Shown one piece after another: positions 39,831-54,890 of a stretch of 64,000 bases of DNA. How positions within the stretch are numbered: position 1 is the stretch's first letter; the number at the start of each line of letters is the position of its first letter. This DNA comes from Octopus vulgaris. Taxonomy: Eukaryota. The DNA is taken from assembly GCA_951406725.2 (NCBI GenBank), contig OX597820.1:119164001-119228000 (forward strand), read 5' to 3'. A program made the position numbers and the translations under genes. The notes beneath the pieces were generated by a model. The model was not told where the DNA came from and did not search any database. It was given only the letters and a program-made list of their open reading frames with translations.

Positions 39831-40121
39831 TTGGCAAACGTCTATACACAGACACAGAATGCAACTTAAAGTAGTCGAAGGATGATCACAGAAACGGTTT
39901 AGTTTTATTGATATTTTCTTTCAGGCGCGTTACCCAATAAACAAAGCCAAAGATACGTCCGCCGATTTCAACTATTATAATAAATGTACAATATGTTCCT
40001 ACCTCCGGTATTGAGTTCTTTATTCCAGTTGGTGACTCTGTTAATTTATGGAATAAATGCATGCATCTGTAACAAACAGATACACAAACACATACGTTGA
40101 AATATACGTATACTCATACAT

Positions 40122-40507
40122 TATTGAAGCACTCCGTCGGTTACGACGACGAGGGCTCCGGTTGATCCGATCAACGGAACAGCTTACTCGTGAAATTAAC
40201 GTGTAAGTGGCTGAGCACTCCACAGACACGTGTACCCTTAACGTAGTTCTCGGGGATATTCAGCGTGACACAGAGAATGACAAGACCGGCCCTTTGAAAT
40301 ACAGGTACAACAGAAACAGGAAGTAAGAGTCAGAGAAAGTTGTGGTGAAAGAGTACAGCAGGGATCACCACCATCCCCTGCCGGAGCCTCGTGAAGCTTT
40401 AGGTGTTTTCGTTCAATAAACACTCACAACGCCCGGTCTGGGAATCGAAAACGCGATCCTACGACCGCAAGTCCGCTGCCCTAACCACTGGACCATTGCG
40501 CCTCCAC
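40122..40507 (-). mobile_element. SINE family B2
   Basis: Full-length; TSD ACTCATACAT (40112-40121 / 40508-40517). Confidence 0.93.
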
Positions 40508-40795
40508 ACTCATACATACATACATATGGAATATTGCTGGTTTAAGCACATGTGCGGTGCGTCAATGTCTTTTGTCTAGGTACACAAATACAAAATATAT
40601 GTAAATGTTGATGTGTTTTCAAAAGATTTCGAGTAAGATGAATAAGTAGTTGAATGTCATTCAGTGTTAAAGACGAGTTAAAAATATTTACATTAACTGC
40701 AGAATACAAAATGACAATGACTACTACGGATACAATATGGAAATTCAAACTCATTTCACTTACATTTTCTCCCTGTTTACGTATGCAAGTAATTT

Positions 40796-40840
<45 letters not shown>

Positions 40841-40905
40841 GTTATCTATATATCTGTCTATCTATCTCTCTATCTCTCTATCTACCTACATATCTATCTA
40901 TCTAA

Positions 40906-40937
<32 letters not shown>

Positions 40938-40976
40938 ATATGTATATATATATATATTGATATATATACACACATG

Positions 40977-41028
<52 letters not shown>

Positions 41029-41137
41029 CATATATACAGACATCTATATAAATATAATCATATTTATATATATTATTTCATACATATATGCGTGTGCGTG
41101 CATGTGTATACGTATTTATATATACACACACACGCAT

Positions 41138-41214
<77 letters not shown>

Positions 41215-41606
41215 CGTACAATTCACAAGGCATTCAGTGGAGAGGTGAGGTGAAGGAAAGGGAGAGAAATTAACCGAGGTACACCAGTATACCATTATCA
41301 ATACAGACACGTAATGGGGGTGAGCCGTGTGCGTGACTAGGTATATAAATATGAGTCGGAATTATATTTCCATTATCTTTTCCAAACTTTCCGAAAATCT
41401 TTACTGAGCATTAGAATCACGTTTACAATTTCATGTTATCGTGTTATGTAAATATTTCGTATTTAGATCTTCAGTCGGTTTGCTCCTTAGTACGGGATAC
41501 CATTTGCGCTTATGTTGTTGTTTATGCGATTTGGGCGCGCGTGTGGATGGATATATATATATATGCAGATACACACCTACGTATACACACACACACACAC
41601 ACGAAC

Positions 41607-41676
<70 letters not shown>

Positions 41677-41944
41677 GTGTGTGTATAACTGTTTATTTAT
41701 ATATTGTATTTGATACCCACACACACACACTTATACATACATATATGTGTATGTATATATATCTATTTATCTATATGATATATATGTACGTGTATATATA
41801 TATATATATATATGTTTATGCATATACATATACATACATACATATATATATATATGTATACACACACATATATGGATACATACGCATGTATATATGTATG
41901 TATATATATATATGTATACACACAAAGGTATATATATGTATATA

Positions 41945-41990
<46 letters not shown>

Positions 41991-42257
41991 TATATGTGTC
42001 GATGGTGTGCGTATGTGTATGTATATATGTGTGTGCATGCATGTACACTATTACAGTTATCTGTGTGTGTATGTATATATATATATTGGGAGTTTCAATA
42101 GGATACAGACTGTATCCATGCAATTATTATTTTCAAATTATTTCTATTTAAGTCGCCAATTTATTCTTATTTTTAAAAGATAACTTCCAGCAAAACTGAA
42201 CGAATATAATACAAATGATCAGATTCTTCTTCTACAGTTACTACTTTGTCGTCCCGC

Positions 42258-42655
42258 TTTCTTCTTCTTCTTCTTCTTCTTCTTCTTCTTCTTCTTCTTC
42301 TTCTTCTTCTTCTTCTTTCTTCTTCTTCTTCTTCTTCTTCTTCTTCTTCTTCTTCTTCTTCTTCCACTTCTTCTTCCATTTCTTCTTCTTCTTCTTCTTC
42401 TCCTTCTTCTTCTTCTTTTTCTTCTTCTTCTCTTCTTCTTCTTCTTCTTCTTCTTCTTCTTCTTTTTCTTCCACTTTTTCTTTTTCTTCTTCTTCTTCTT
42501 CTTCTTCTTCCACTTCTTTCTTCTTCTTCTTCTTCTTCTTCTTTTTCTTCCACTTTTTCTTTTTCATCTTCTTCTTCTTCTTCTTCTTCTTCTTCTTCTT
42601 CTTCTTCTTCTACTACTTCTCCTCTCCTCCTTCTCCTCCTCCTCCTCCTTCTTCT
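42258..42655. repeat. (CTT)n polypyrimidine tract
   Basis: Directly visible. Confidence 0.97.
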
Positions 42656-42666
42656 TTATTATTATT

Positions 42667-43814
42667 GAGTGAGAGAACAGTGCATGCTATAAAAGTGACA
42701 CTGGAGTAAAATATACGAAGCACAGTATACCCATCATGACTACCCATCTGATAAGGGTACACCAGGCACACGCATCATAAATATATGTGCGTGACGTGGC
42801 GGCCTCATATCAAGATAAATAGCACATGACGGTAAACTGGCAGCAAGTTTACCACGCCGGGCGAAATGCTTAGCGGTATTTCGTCTGCCGCTACGTCCAA
42901 CTTTGCCTTTCATCCTTTCGGGGTCGATTAAATAAGTACCAGTTACGCACTGGGGTCGATATAATCGACTTTATCCGTTTGTCTGTCCTTGTTTGTCCCC
43001 TGTGTATGTAGCCCCTTGTGGGCAGTAAAGAAATAGGCATTTCATCTGTTGTTACGTTCTAAGTTCAAATTCTGCCCAGGTCGACTTTGCCTCTCATCCT
43101 TTCAGAGTCGATTAAATAAGTACCAGTTACGCACTGGGGTCGATATAATCGACTTTATCCGTTTGTCTGTCCTTGTTTGTCCCCTGTGTATGTAGCCCCT
43201 TTTGGGCAGTAAAGAAATAGGCATTTCATCTGTTGTTACGTTCTAAGTTCAAATTCTGCCCAGGTCGACTTTGCCTCTCATCCTTTCAGAGTCGATTAAA
43301 TAAGTACCAGTTACGCACTGGGGTCGTTATAATCGACTTAATCCTTTTGTCTGTCCTTGTTTACCCCCTTCTATGTTTAAGCCCCTGTGGGCAATAAAGA
43401 CATAAAGATAAATAGCACCTGACAGTGCAGGTGGGACCCAGTTAACATTTTCTTTAGCTTTATTAGCCCATTCTGCTCCAAAAGGTCCCTGAATAAGGGT
43501 TCTTTAAGAAAGTTGAATGAAGCACTCATGTTCCAGAGGTGAATTATCCAAACCCCAAAGAATTTCTCTCAACACATGGCTATGATGCTCCCCCAATATC
43601 TTTACTCGTAACCAAGGATGCACATATCGTCAGCCACTAAGGGTCATGGTCAACTGGTTAAGGTCAAACAACTGACAAGCAAATCTGTGATATTGAGCTG
43701 TAGTATTTGCTGCAGTCCATCTTTTATACCCAGACAAAACAATGTACATGATAACACTTCCAATCAGTTGAGATGAGAAGCCCTGAAAGCCACTGCCTGG
43801 TACTGCATCAGGGC

Positions 43815-43816
<2 letters not shown>
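42667..43816. mobile_element. family D non-coding element, copy 1, flanked by (ATT)n and interrupted by a family C array
   Basis: Same termini (GAGTGAGAGA... / ...GGTACTGCATCAGGG) as the copy at 43901-44431. Confidence 0.85.
42831..43404 (+). mobile_element. SINE family C, three-unit tandem (184-bp period) nested in family D
   Basis: AATAAGTACCAGTTACGCAC at 42931, 43115 and 43299. TSD AAGATAAATAGCAC[A/C]TGAC at 42812-42830 and 43405-43423. Confidence 0.9.
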
Positions 43817-43875
<59 letters not shown>

Positions 43876-43900
43876 TTACTATTATTATATTATTATTATT

Positions 43901-44431
43901 GAGTGAGAGAGCAGGGCATGCCATCAAAGTGACACTGGGGTAAAATATACGAAGCCCAGTATACCCATCATGACTACCCTTTCTGATAAGGGTACACTAG
44001 GCACATGGTGATTTCATGTCAAGATAAACAGCGCATGACCTTGCAGGTGGGGCCCAGTTAGAATTTATTTCAGGTCGAGTAACCCATCCCGCTCAAAATG
44101 TCCCTGAATAAGGGTTGTTTAAGGATGTTGAATGAAACACCCATGTTTCCAAAGGCGAATTATTCAAACCCCAAAAAATCCCTCTCAAAATATGTTTATG
44201 ATAATCCCCCACTACTCTTGCTCATGGTCAAAGATGCACATATCGTCAGCTACTAAGGGACATGGTCAACTGGTTAAGGTCAGACAACTGAAAAGCAAAT
44301 CTGTGGTATTGGGCAGAATATTTGTTGTAGCCCATCTTTTACGCCAAGACAAAACAATGTACATGATAACACTTCCAATCAGTTAAGATCAGAAGCCACG
44401 AGGGCCACTGTCTGGTACTGCATCAGGGTAT
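43901..44431. mobile_element. family D non-coding element, copy 2 (uninterrupted), flanked by (ATT)n
   Basis: Colinear with copy 1 and carries the empty site at about 44021-44039. Confidence 0.85.
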
Positions 44432-44445
44432 TTATTATTATAATG

Positions 44446-44507
<62 letters not shown>

Positions 44508-44508
<1 letters not shown>

Positions 44509-45178
44509 TTTCCTTCTTTCTTCAAATTTTCTTCCGTTTTTCGCCGAGTGTTTTCCGTACACGTAGGGCAGAGAAGCTCATTGTATGCATTCCCACTTTA
44601 CACACGCAAATTCATAGGTAAAATTTGTATTTTAAAAATTAATAAATAAATAAATTCATGAATGGATGTTGTTTTCACAGCGATAATCCTCTTCTCAGTA
44701 AATGAGCCATTCCAGTTAATACGATTTTTTGCACTTCCTGTAGGGATGGTAAGCCTGGTATCATTTTCAAATAGGTTTCAGTACCATTTTTTTTTATCAT
44801 TCCTAGAGATTCTACAATCACTGGTACTGTAGACGCCTTGAGATGCCACATTTTTTCAATTTCTATTAGCAAGTCTTTATATTTACTAATCTTGTCAAAT
44901 TCTTTTGCCGCTATATTGTGATCACAGGGAATACTCATGTCAATTAATAAACACGTCCTTTTTGTCTGATATTTTATAATAATATCCGGTTTATTAGCTT
45001 TTAGAGTCTTGTCGGTCTGTACGGGGAAGTCCTATAGAATCGACACATTTTCTCCCTCAGTCACAGCTTCAGGATGGTGTTTATACCATTTGTCAGCGGT
45101 TTTGATTTTATAATGCTGAGTTATTGTCCAGTGTAAATACTGGCCGACTCTCATGTCTTGATTTATATTCTACAGGTG
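44508..45178 (-). mobile_element. 5'-truncated R4/Dong-like non-LTR retrotransposon (restriction-like endonuclease domain + 3' UTR)
   Basis: Translates YKSRH/RVGQYLHW...KWYKHHPEAVTEGENVSIL*DFPVQTDKTLKANKPDIII...CLLIDMSIP...KISKYKDL...VPVIVESLG...QKIVLTGMAHLLRRGLSL* (PD..D motif of RLE). Both ends are embedded in (TAA)n. Confidence 0.9.
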
Positions 45179-45193
45179 TTATTATTATCATTA

Positions 45194-45618
<425 letters not shown>

Positions 45619-45621
45619 TAC

Positions 45622-45664
<43 letters not shown>

Positions 45665-47596
45665 TCATTAAATTTCCCGGGGGGGGGGCTATATCTTTAT
45701 ATAACTAATATTATTATTTAGAAACTTGTGCACATACACAAAACAGAAATACGCCTATTTACTGATTGTTTTTGTCTATTATTGATCACCATAGACATGC
45801 GCATGTACTTAAAGGATGTCTAAAAGAAGAAATAAAAAGTCAAACAATTGAAAAAGAATTCACAACGACCGTAGTACATACAGTATGAGTAAGCTATTTT
45901 GTTCCTCTTTATCTGAAAATACATTTATCGCACTCAAGTTCCTTCACTCTATATTTGCACTAGTAATGGTATATCTTGCCGTTGTCATGGAAACTAGTCA
46001 TAATCAGGATTAATTGAAATATCTGTGAGCATTGTACTTAGATTAATTACGTAGATATGCGTGAACCGTCTTTATACGAGCTATTTCATGAACTAAAAAT
46101 GCTTCTCTCTTTCTTATTTTTCATTTGCGCTACATATTTCTCGTCTTAAAACAAACAACCAAAAAATATTGAAGAAATTAAAGAAAGCATAAAATTGCTT
46201 TTTCTTAAGTTATGGCAAAGGAAATAGAACGAGGAATAACCGCATAATCCCTTTAATATAAGAAACAATACCCAAGTCGGCGAGCTGGTAGCATGTTTAG
46301 CACGCCGGACACAATGCTTAGCGGCGGTTCGTCCGTCTTCATGCTCTGAATTCAAATTCCGTCTAGGTCGAATTTGCAATTAATTGCAATCATATCTTTT
46401 CTCTTATAAGTCGTCCTTGCTATAGTTCTCACACTGATTTTAAATCCAAGATACTCCGCGAAGCGATTAAGGAGTATTATCTATCTCCAGAGGATTCACA
46501 ACGCTATGAATAATGCGTCTCTGGTGAAGTTTCCCATATTTGTAATTGCACCATTTCGTACTTCAGAAACAGAGGACACTTCCAGAAAGTAGGTACTTCA
46601 AGAGAGTTGCATTTAAAAGAGAATGTATGTGCAGATATTTTGATTTTTAGAAGGAGATTGTTGAGATTTGCTACATGCCCATCTGGAGCAACTATTTCAG
46701 ATCATGAATTTGCTTCTGAGTTCTAGATCCGAAATTTTCAGTAGTTGTAAGTATATGGCTAAAGTCCTGTTGCCGAACTGGAAAGTGCCAACCAGTCCGA
46801 ATTTTACTGTCATGGGGAAAATAACTATAATTATCCCCTTTTCTTTCTTTTTGTTTTCTTTTTCTGGTTTTTCAACCTTCCACATTTTATATTTACCCCT
46901 TTCTTGCCTTTTCTCACTTTTTCTCTCACCCTGTCGTTTCCTTTTTAGTTCGTTATGGCACGGGGAGAGTGCCTGATGATTGTGCTAGGACACTAGACAT
47001 GTTAAAAATCATTGTTTGGCATGCTTTCAGTACGTCAGGTGAATAATAACTCATAAAAACATATACTGTGTTTATTAAATAAAATTTATCTCACTTGAGG
47101 TAATTTTTGTTGATCTTTACATCACGTAACAGTACACTACATATATACATACTATATGTGTGTGTATGTGTGCATGTGTGTATGCGTGTACGCGTGAGTG
47201 GTATTTATGTATGTATATATAAGCGTTATCGACCGCACATATTCGATGCTTGTGTTTTGTTTGTTCGACGGTTAGCACCTGGGAGACGACGCCCAGGCCA
47301 CGCTGGGTGTTAAGACATCTCAGAGTTATAGACAGAGGAGAGAAATAGCCCTTAATCTCATTCAGTAACAAGGAACGAGTCGAATCGACAGTCTTTGACT
47401 AGATGTAAATAGTGTAAAAACGACGACACATACGTAAGATTAAGTTAAAAGGAGCACCAGTGTTGCAACGATTATCGACCTCAGAAAATGTCATTTGTTT
47501 ATTCGACGTTTAGCTGCGGATTAGCAAATGTGGGACAACCGCTCATTATGCTGATGTTAAAGCATCTAAAAGTAGTTTATAGCTGAGACAACTCAC

Positions 47597-47657
47597 CTCC
47601 GATCGAATGATGGATACCGGTATTTCGCAGTTCTAGTGGCTTATCCACATCATGTAC
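47597..47657 (-). other. candidate 61-bp exon
   Basis: ttttgattcag|GTACAT...GGAG|gtgagt; open in one frame (VHDVDKPLELRNTGIHHSIG); no recognised homology. Confidence 0.25.
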
Positions 47658-47711
47658 CTGAATCAAAACCACCACATACATATATATATGGAAATGTGCG
47701 TATCTATAGAT

Positions 47712-47747
<36 letters not shown>

Positions 47748-47992
47748 GTGCACATATATATATAGATATATGTATATATGTGTATGTGTCAACGTACAAA
47801 TCTATCTATCTTTCTATCTATATATCTATCAATCCATCTACCTACCTACCTTCCTACCTACCTACCTACCTACCTACCTACCTACCTACCTACCTATCTA
47901 TCTATCTATCAATATATTTATCTATCTATCTATTTATCTATCTATCTCTCTATCTATTTATCTATCTACCTACCTACCGACCTATCTATCAA

Positions 47993-48035
<43 letters not shown>

Positions 48036-48061
48036 ATATCTATCTATCTATCTATTTATCT

Positions 48062-48322
48062 ATCACCGTGATCACCGTAGCCGACCAGGCTATCAGATGT
48101 TGCTACACATCGCTGGCCACAATGCGCTTCGCATTGTTTTAGCCTTCAAATGACTCAACCCCGCTGGCTAAGTGAGCAGGCCAACAAAAGAAAGAGTGTG
48201 AAAAAGTTGCGGCGAAAGAGTACAGCAGGGATCGCCACCACCCCTGCCGGAGCTTCGTGGAACTTTAGGTGTTTTCACTCAATAAACACACACAACGCCC
48301 GGTCTGGGAATCGAAACCGCGA
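48062..48322 (-). mobile_element. SINE family B1, head truncated
   Basis: Tail abuts a (TCTA)n tract. Confidence 0.88.
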
Positions 48323-48453
48323 TTTCTTCTACTTTAAAAAGGGACTCCCAGAAAAACCAAAATACTTGAAAACAATCTACACAAACAGAGAGGAAGAAGT
48401 AACAAAAATCAATCAATATCTGGTCACCTATGGACGCGTTTCGGAATTAGGTT

Positions 48454-48503
<50 letters not shown>

Positions 48504-48726
48504 GAACAGTTTCCGTCTACCAAATCCACTCAAAGGCATTGGTAATAAGAAGAAATTATTATGCCACGCAGTGGCTGAAGCGCAAAATGTGGTTGACAAG
48601 AGTTAAGCCACTCCTGCGACTAATATATTTTTCCTATAGAAATATAATAAAAGGCTTCCAAATAAGGAAGCGTATTGCTAGAAACACAAAAAGGGATAAA
48701 CGCTTCCTTATTCGGAAGCCTTTTTT

Positions 48727-48798
<72 letters not shown>

Positions 48799-48829
48799 CT
48801 ACCGAGATATATATAAGTTCGAATCATTC

Positions 48830-49035
48830 GAGGGATGGGCTACTCTGTCCAAGGCACCTTACTCAAGCTCAGTTACAAATATTTTCCACCAACAGCGAGG
48901 GGATTATCCCTGCCACCAATCCTTATCCCACGTAATGCCGACTGCTTCTACCCGCCATCTTAAAGGCTCGCGAATCCAAGATAAACTCCAAATTCTTGGG
49001 CCTATAGACTCGAGACTGACGTTTTCACAAATATA
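48830..49035 (+). pseudogene. decayed LINE RT C-terminal fragment
   Basis: HLKGSRIQDKLQILGPIDSRLTFSQ resembles the xxLGxxxDxxLxF motif after the RT palm. Confidence 0.4.
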
Positions 49036-49534
49036 CATATATCACTCATATCTTTCTTGAATACTATTTCAATGCTTTGTGCAAAATAATTTGTATTATA
49101 CACACACATATACACACACACGGGTGTGTGTAAGTGTGCATATTATCCGCATTTATATAGTATACGTCGAATAAAATACGCGGTGGTGTGTGTTGAAATG
49201 TTGCTGTGCATTTCTATGTATGTATTAATCCGTTGCCTGTATGTATTCATTTCTGTCAATGTATATATACATATAAATAGAAGGCTGATGGACTTTTTTG
49301 CTGCAGGGCGATCAATCGGAGACATTAACGTCTTCTAAGACCGAGGTAATTTTGAAATGGTCCTGCAGCTGGTTGCTTTTTTCTATCGCATTATATATAA
49401 GAATCTGAATCATTATAGCACAGTAACTGCAAATGTGATCGTGTACATGTATATGTATATATGCATATGTCTGTATATGTACGTTTATGTGTGCGAATGT
49501 AAATGCATACATATATGCTTAAGTATCATTATAC

Positions 49535-49573
<39 letters not shown>

Positions 49574-49582
49574 TTTCTGTCA

Positions 49583-49635
<53 letters not shown>

Positions 49636-50057
49636 CATATATATGTATATATATAGTGTATATATATAGATATATGTATATATATATACATATAGATATA
49701 TATATGTGTATGTGCGTGTATGTGTATATGTATATATGTATATATAGTGTATGTATATATGTATATATAGTGTATATATATACATATATATATATTTATA
49801 TGTATGTGTATGTGCGTGTATATATATATGAGATTGAGTGTGTTTATATTCAAAATTTGTATCTATAAATCTCTGTCTATATTTCTACATCTATTTGTAC
49901 ACATTGTATACATTGTACACATATATATATGTGTGAGTGTATGTATATGTGTGTGATTGTTTTTGTGCGTATGCACACATGCACACGCACATATATATGT
50001 AAATATTTATGTTATATAAGGATAGATAAATAGCTGTACCTATAGGTATACATATGT

Positions 50058-50127
<70 letters not shown>

Positions 50128-50252
50128 CTTTTTATTGATGCATATGCCATAAATAGGTACAAGGAAAACTGTGAAAGTGAGACGGAAAAGGAAACGGTGA
50201 AAATATCATATATACCTATTGCGCAGTGCAACATCCATATATGTATACATAC

Positions 50253-50341
<89 letters not shown>

Positions 50342-50392
50342 CATAGATACACACACATATATATGTATATGTATATATATTTATATATAGAG

Positions 50393-50451
<59 letters not shown>

Positions 50452-50576
50452 TAGATATATAGAAATATATACACACACATATATATAGATACACACAAAC
50501 ACACACATATATACGTATATACATACCTGCATATATATATTATTATTTATATATACATATATATATACATGCATAG

Positions 50577-50617
<41 letters not shown>

Positions 50618-50702
50618 TAGATAGATATATATAGAAATATATACACACACATATATATAGATACACACAAACACACACATATATACGTATATACATACCT
50701 GC

Positions 50703-50756
<54 letters not shown>

Positions 50757-52228
50757 ATATATAAATATATATATATATATATGTGTGTATTTATTTATAC
50801 ATATATATCTATACGCACTTGTTTTAGCAAACTTCCTACATGATGTAAGTATTCTGCTGCGCTGACCACCTCTCCCCAAACCTCTCCCTACAGCTCTCCC
50901 CGACCTCTCTTTCTCCAGCACTTCCATATAGACTTCTTCACACATATACACACATATAGAAATGCACAAACAAGTACTCACATATATATGTGCTTATATA
51001 TATATATATATATGCACGCACACATACGCAGCCCCGTACAGGCAAACACACACATTATACATGTTTATACAGACATACACGAACATAGAACCGATAAATG
51101 CAGAAAGGTATCTTTAACAGTTTCGTCTCTTTTATGTGTGTACATATGCCACTCTGTCTCTAAAGGCGGCAGCATTCATACATAAGCTTAACGCTTAATG
51201 CTGTATTAATCACGAAACAACAGACCTGTATCAGTTTTCCGCCTCATATACGTATATGTGTATATGTGTATATATGTGTGTATGGTATCTCTTCCTCTGT
51301 TTGTCTGCATGAGTGTGTTTATGCTGTACTTCGTATGTTTCTGCTTTCTATTGAATAACAGCATTCAATGAGCAATATGCTACTTTATATATTCTTATAC
51401 ACATGTAGTATTATTTACCATATTAATGTTTTTTACATTTTTTTCTTCTTCACACGACGGCGTGCATCTATGGACGCGTTACTTACATGTGACCTACCGG
51501 GAATTTATCGAACTACAACATTACTTCAGATCAGAAGGAAGTATTTAACCCTTTTTACACTAGGAATAGAGATATATTTTCTTGCAATCAAAGTATAGTT
51601 TTCAATGTTAGATTCAAAAAATCAGCGTGTGGTCTGAGAATTACGCACAGAAATCACGCATCATATTCACATATTACTAAAATAGTAACATTCTGCAGGA
51701 AAGAGGCAGTATGGATTCCGAAAATATTTAAATCATAAGACAGCGATTTTATTATACATTTTTTGGTACATCTCAGCTTATAAAAACACGAGGAAACAAA
51801 ACTTCAAAATATTTGTCTCGAAGCATAAATTACTGACAACAGTTTTTAAAAAAATTATCAATCTATATGTGGAACAAATTGGAGATATCTGTGTTACAGG
51901 ATTTAATTATTTGATGGAAGGTCTGCTACGAAGCCAATGAAAATCGCTCTTCAGTTCCTCAGTACATTTAGATACGATATGAGGTTGGCTTCGATAAAAG
52001 TCAAAGTTCTTTCAGGATTATTTACTTCGAAAAATAATAAGCCTTGTGTATTCATGTCCCTCAGTTAAGAAAAAAAAACCCCACCTGATACACAGATGTA
52101 CACACTCACATAGGGACAAGTGTGCACATACATGTGTTTGTGTATGTGTGTGTGTGTGTGTGTGTATGTGCGCGCGTATGTGTGTATGTGAGTGTGTATG
52201 CGTGTGTGTGCGTGCGCACGCCCATGTG

Positions 52229-52271
<43 letters not shown>

Positions 52272-52273
<2 letters not shown>

Positions 52274-52388
52274 TCTGCTCGCTTAGCCAGCGGGGTGGCG
52301 TCGTTCGAAGGCTAAAACAATGCGAATGCATTATGACCAGCGATGTGTAGCAACATCTGATGGTCTGGTCGGTCACGTGATCACGTTA
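52272..52388 (+). mobile_element. 5'-truncated SINE family B1 inside (TA)n
   Basis: CTGCTCGCTTAGCCAGCGGGGTGGCGTC...GGTCACGTGATCACG. Confidence 0.85.
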
Positions 52389-52422
52389 TATATATGTGTG
52401 TGTGTGTGTGTGTGTATATATA

Positions 52423-52490
52423 CAGGGTGTCCACAAAGTCTGGGTACATGGGGATTAACACATACTTTAAGAAACTTTTTTATGTTTTAT
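52423..52490. mobile_element. Tc1/mariner-like terminal fragment
   Basis: TA|CAGGGTGTCCACAAAGTC is a typical TIR start; no partner end found. Confidence 0.5.
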
Positions 52491-52491
52491 T

Positions 52492-52845
52492 TATATTCTT
52501 TATAATATTAAATCAGAATATAGAATATATAGTATAAATAATATATATAGTAAAATGAAATGAAGTATTGATTGTCTTATTGAATAGATGAAATATTGAA
52601 TATAAAATATTAAGGGACTAGTATACTTTTTTCAATTAAAGGAGTCTTCAAGGTTCCAGGTTGTGAGAAACACTCCTGTCAGAACCCGGGCCTTGAAGAC
52701 TCCTTTAATGCAAGAAAGTATACTAGTCCCTTAATATTTGATATTCAATATTTCATCTATTCAATAAGACAATCAATACTTCATTTCATTTTACTATATA
52801 TATTATTTATACTATATATTCTATATTCTACATTAATATTATAAA

Positions 52846-52852
<7 letters not shown>
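52492..52852. repeat. near-perfect long inverted repeat (arms about 175 bp, loop about 8 nt)
   Basis: 52492-52669 is the reverse complement of about 52678-52852 with few mismatches. Confidence 0.95.
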
Positions 52853-52904
<52 letters not shown>

Positions 52905-53629
52905 TAAATATTTCAGATTCACAAGTTCTTTAAACACGAAGTTTACAGACCAACTTGATAGGTAAGAAATACAATACATTTATATTCAGGAGAATTAGAC
53001 AAATATCAAATATAGATACTAAATATGCCACATCGAAATACAGACCATTCAGCAGAGATTCCATTGCGAAGCATGTTTATAATTCTGTGATTCTTCATCC
53101 CGTCAGTCGCTGTTTATCGAATGAAAGCCACAAGTTGTCACTCGATATAAAGCAGTCGTTGTCTTCAAGAGAATGGGATAACGAAATTAACCAGAAAACC
53201 AAATGTCAATGATACAGAGAGAATAACGCTCTCGTGCGACGCTTATTCCGGTTCATTGCATACTGAACTATAAATCCAGACTCTCACGGACTTTATGGTT
53301 TGAAAGTTATTACATAAACTATAGAAGGTGAGTGTAGCTGATAAGAGCATATTCACGGTAGCCAACTAATTTACTCTAACAATAATAGCAGAAAGAATTA
53401 AACTTCTTAGAAAGTGGTATGAAGATAGACTGAAGGTTATAAAAATTGGAAAGCATGCCAAGCAAAAGACAGAAGAAAACTTTCGGTTAATGGAACTATA
53501 TGATATTCTGTTGCATATACAATGTCTAGTGCCTGCAGCTCAAATTTGGCTCGATTCTCATCTGGCTTTTGCTGATGTAGGATATCCAAACTACAATAGT
53601 GGAAATGACGGAGGTTAATATTTAGAAAT

Positions 53630-53920
53630 AGGTTGTGAGCTCGAATCCCAGACCGGGCTGCGTGTTGTGTTCTTGAGCAAGACACTTTATTTCACGTTGC
53701 ACCAGTTCACTCAGCTGTAGAAATGAGTTGCGACGTCACAGGTGCCAAGTTGTATCGGCCCTTGCCTTTCCCTTGGACAACATCGGTGACGTGGAGAGGG
53801 GAGGCCGGTATGCATGGGCGGCTGCTGGTCTTCCATAAAACAACCTTGCCCAGACTTGTGCCTCAGAGGGTAACTCTCTAGGTGCAAACCCATGGTAGTG
53901 TCTGACCGAAGGGGGTCATA
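53630..53920 (+). mobile_element. SINE family E, 5'-eroded
   Basis: B box-like GAGCTCGAATCCCAGACC followed by TGTGTTCTTGAGCAAGACACTTTATT, a conserved SINE central-domain-like motif. Confidence 0.7.
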
Positions 53921-54163
53921 CATATGAGAAAATGGCTGGGAATTCTACTTGATGTATACTGTCGACCAGCAAAGTTGAAATGAAGCTTAAACTCCACCGT
54001 GGTGTCGTGTGAGTTTGGAAACCAAGACAGTTCTATATGTTTCAGGATTCAAAAGAAAACGGTTGTGGGATAAATCGCGTCCAAACTGGGAACTGGCAGG
54101 AAATGGGAGATTTTTGGGACAGGAGATCTAACAATAGAGAGCCTCAGGTTTTGAGAAATATTA

Positions 54164-54890
<727 letters not shown>

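Noticed and set aside
39074-39874. 266-aa ORF
   Set aside because: Spans microsatellites and antisense B2 and A SINE relics; a chance open frame.
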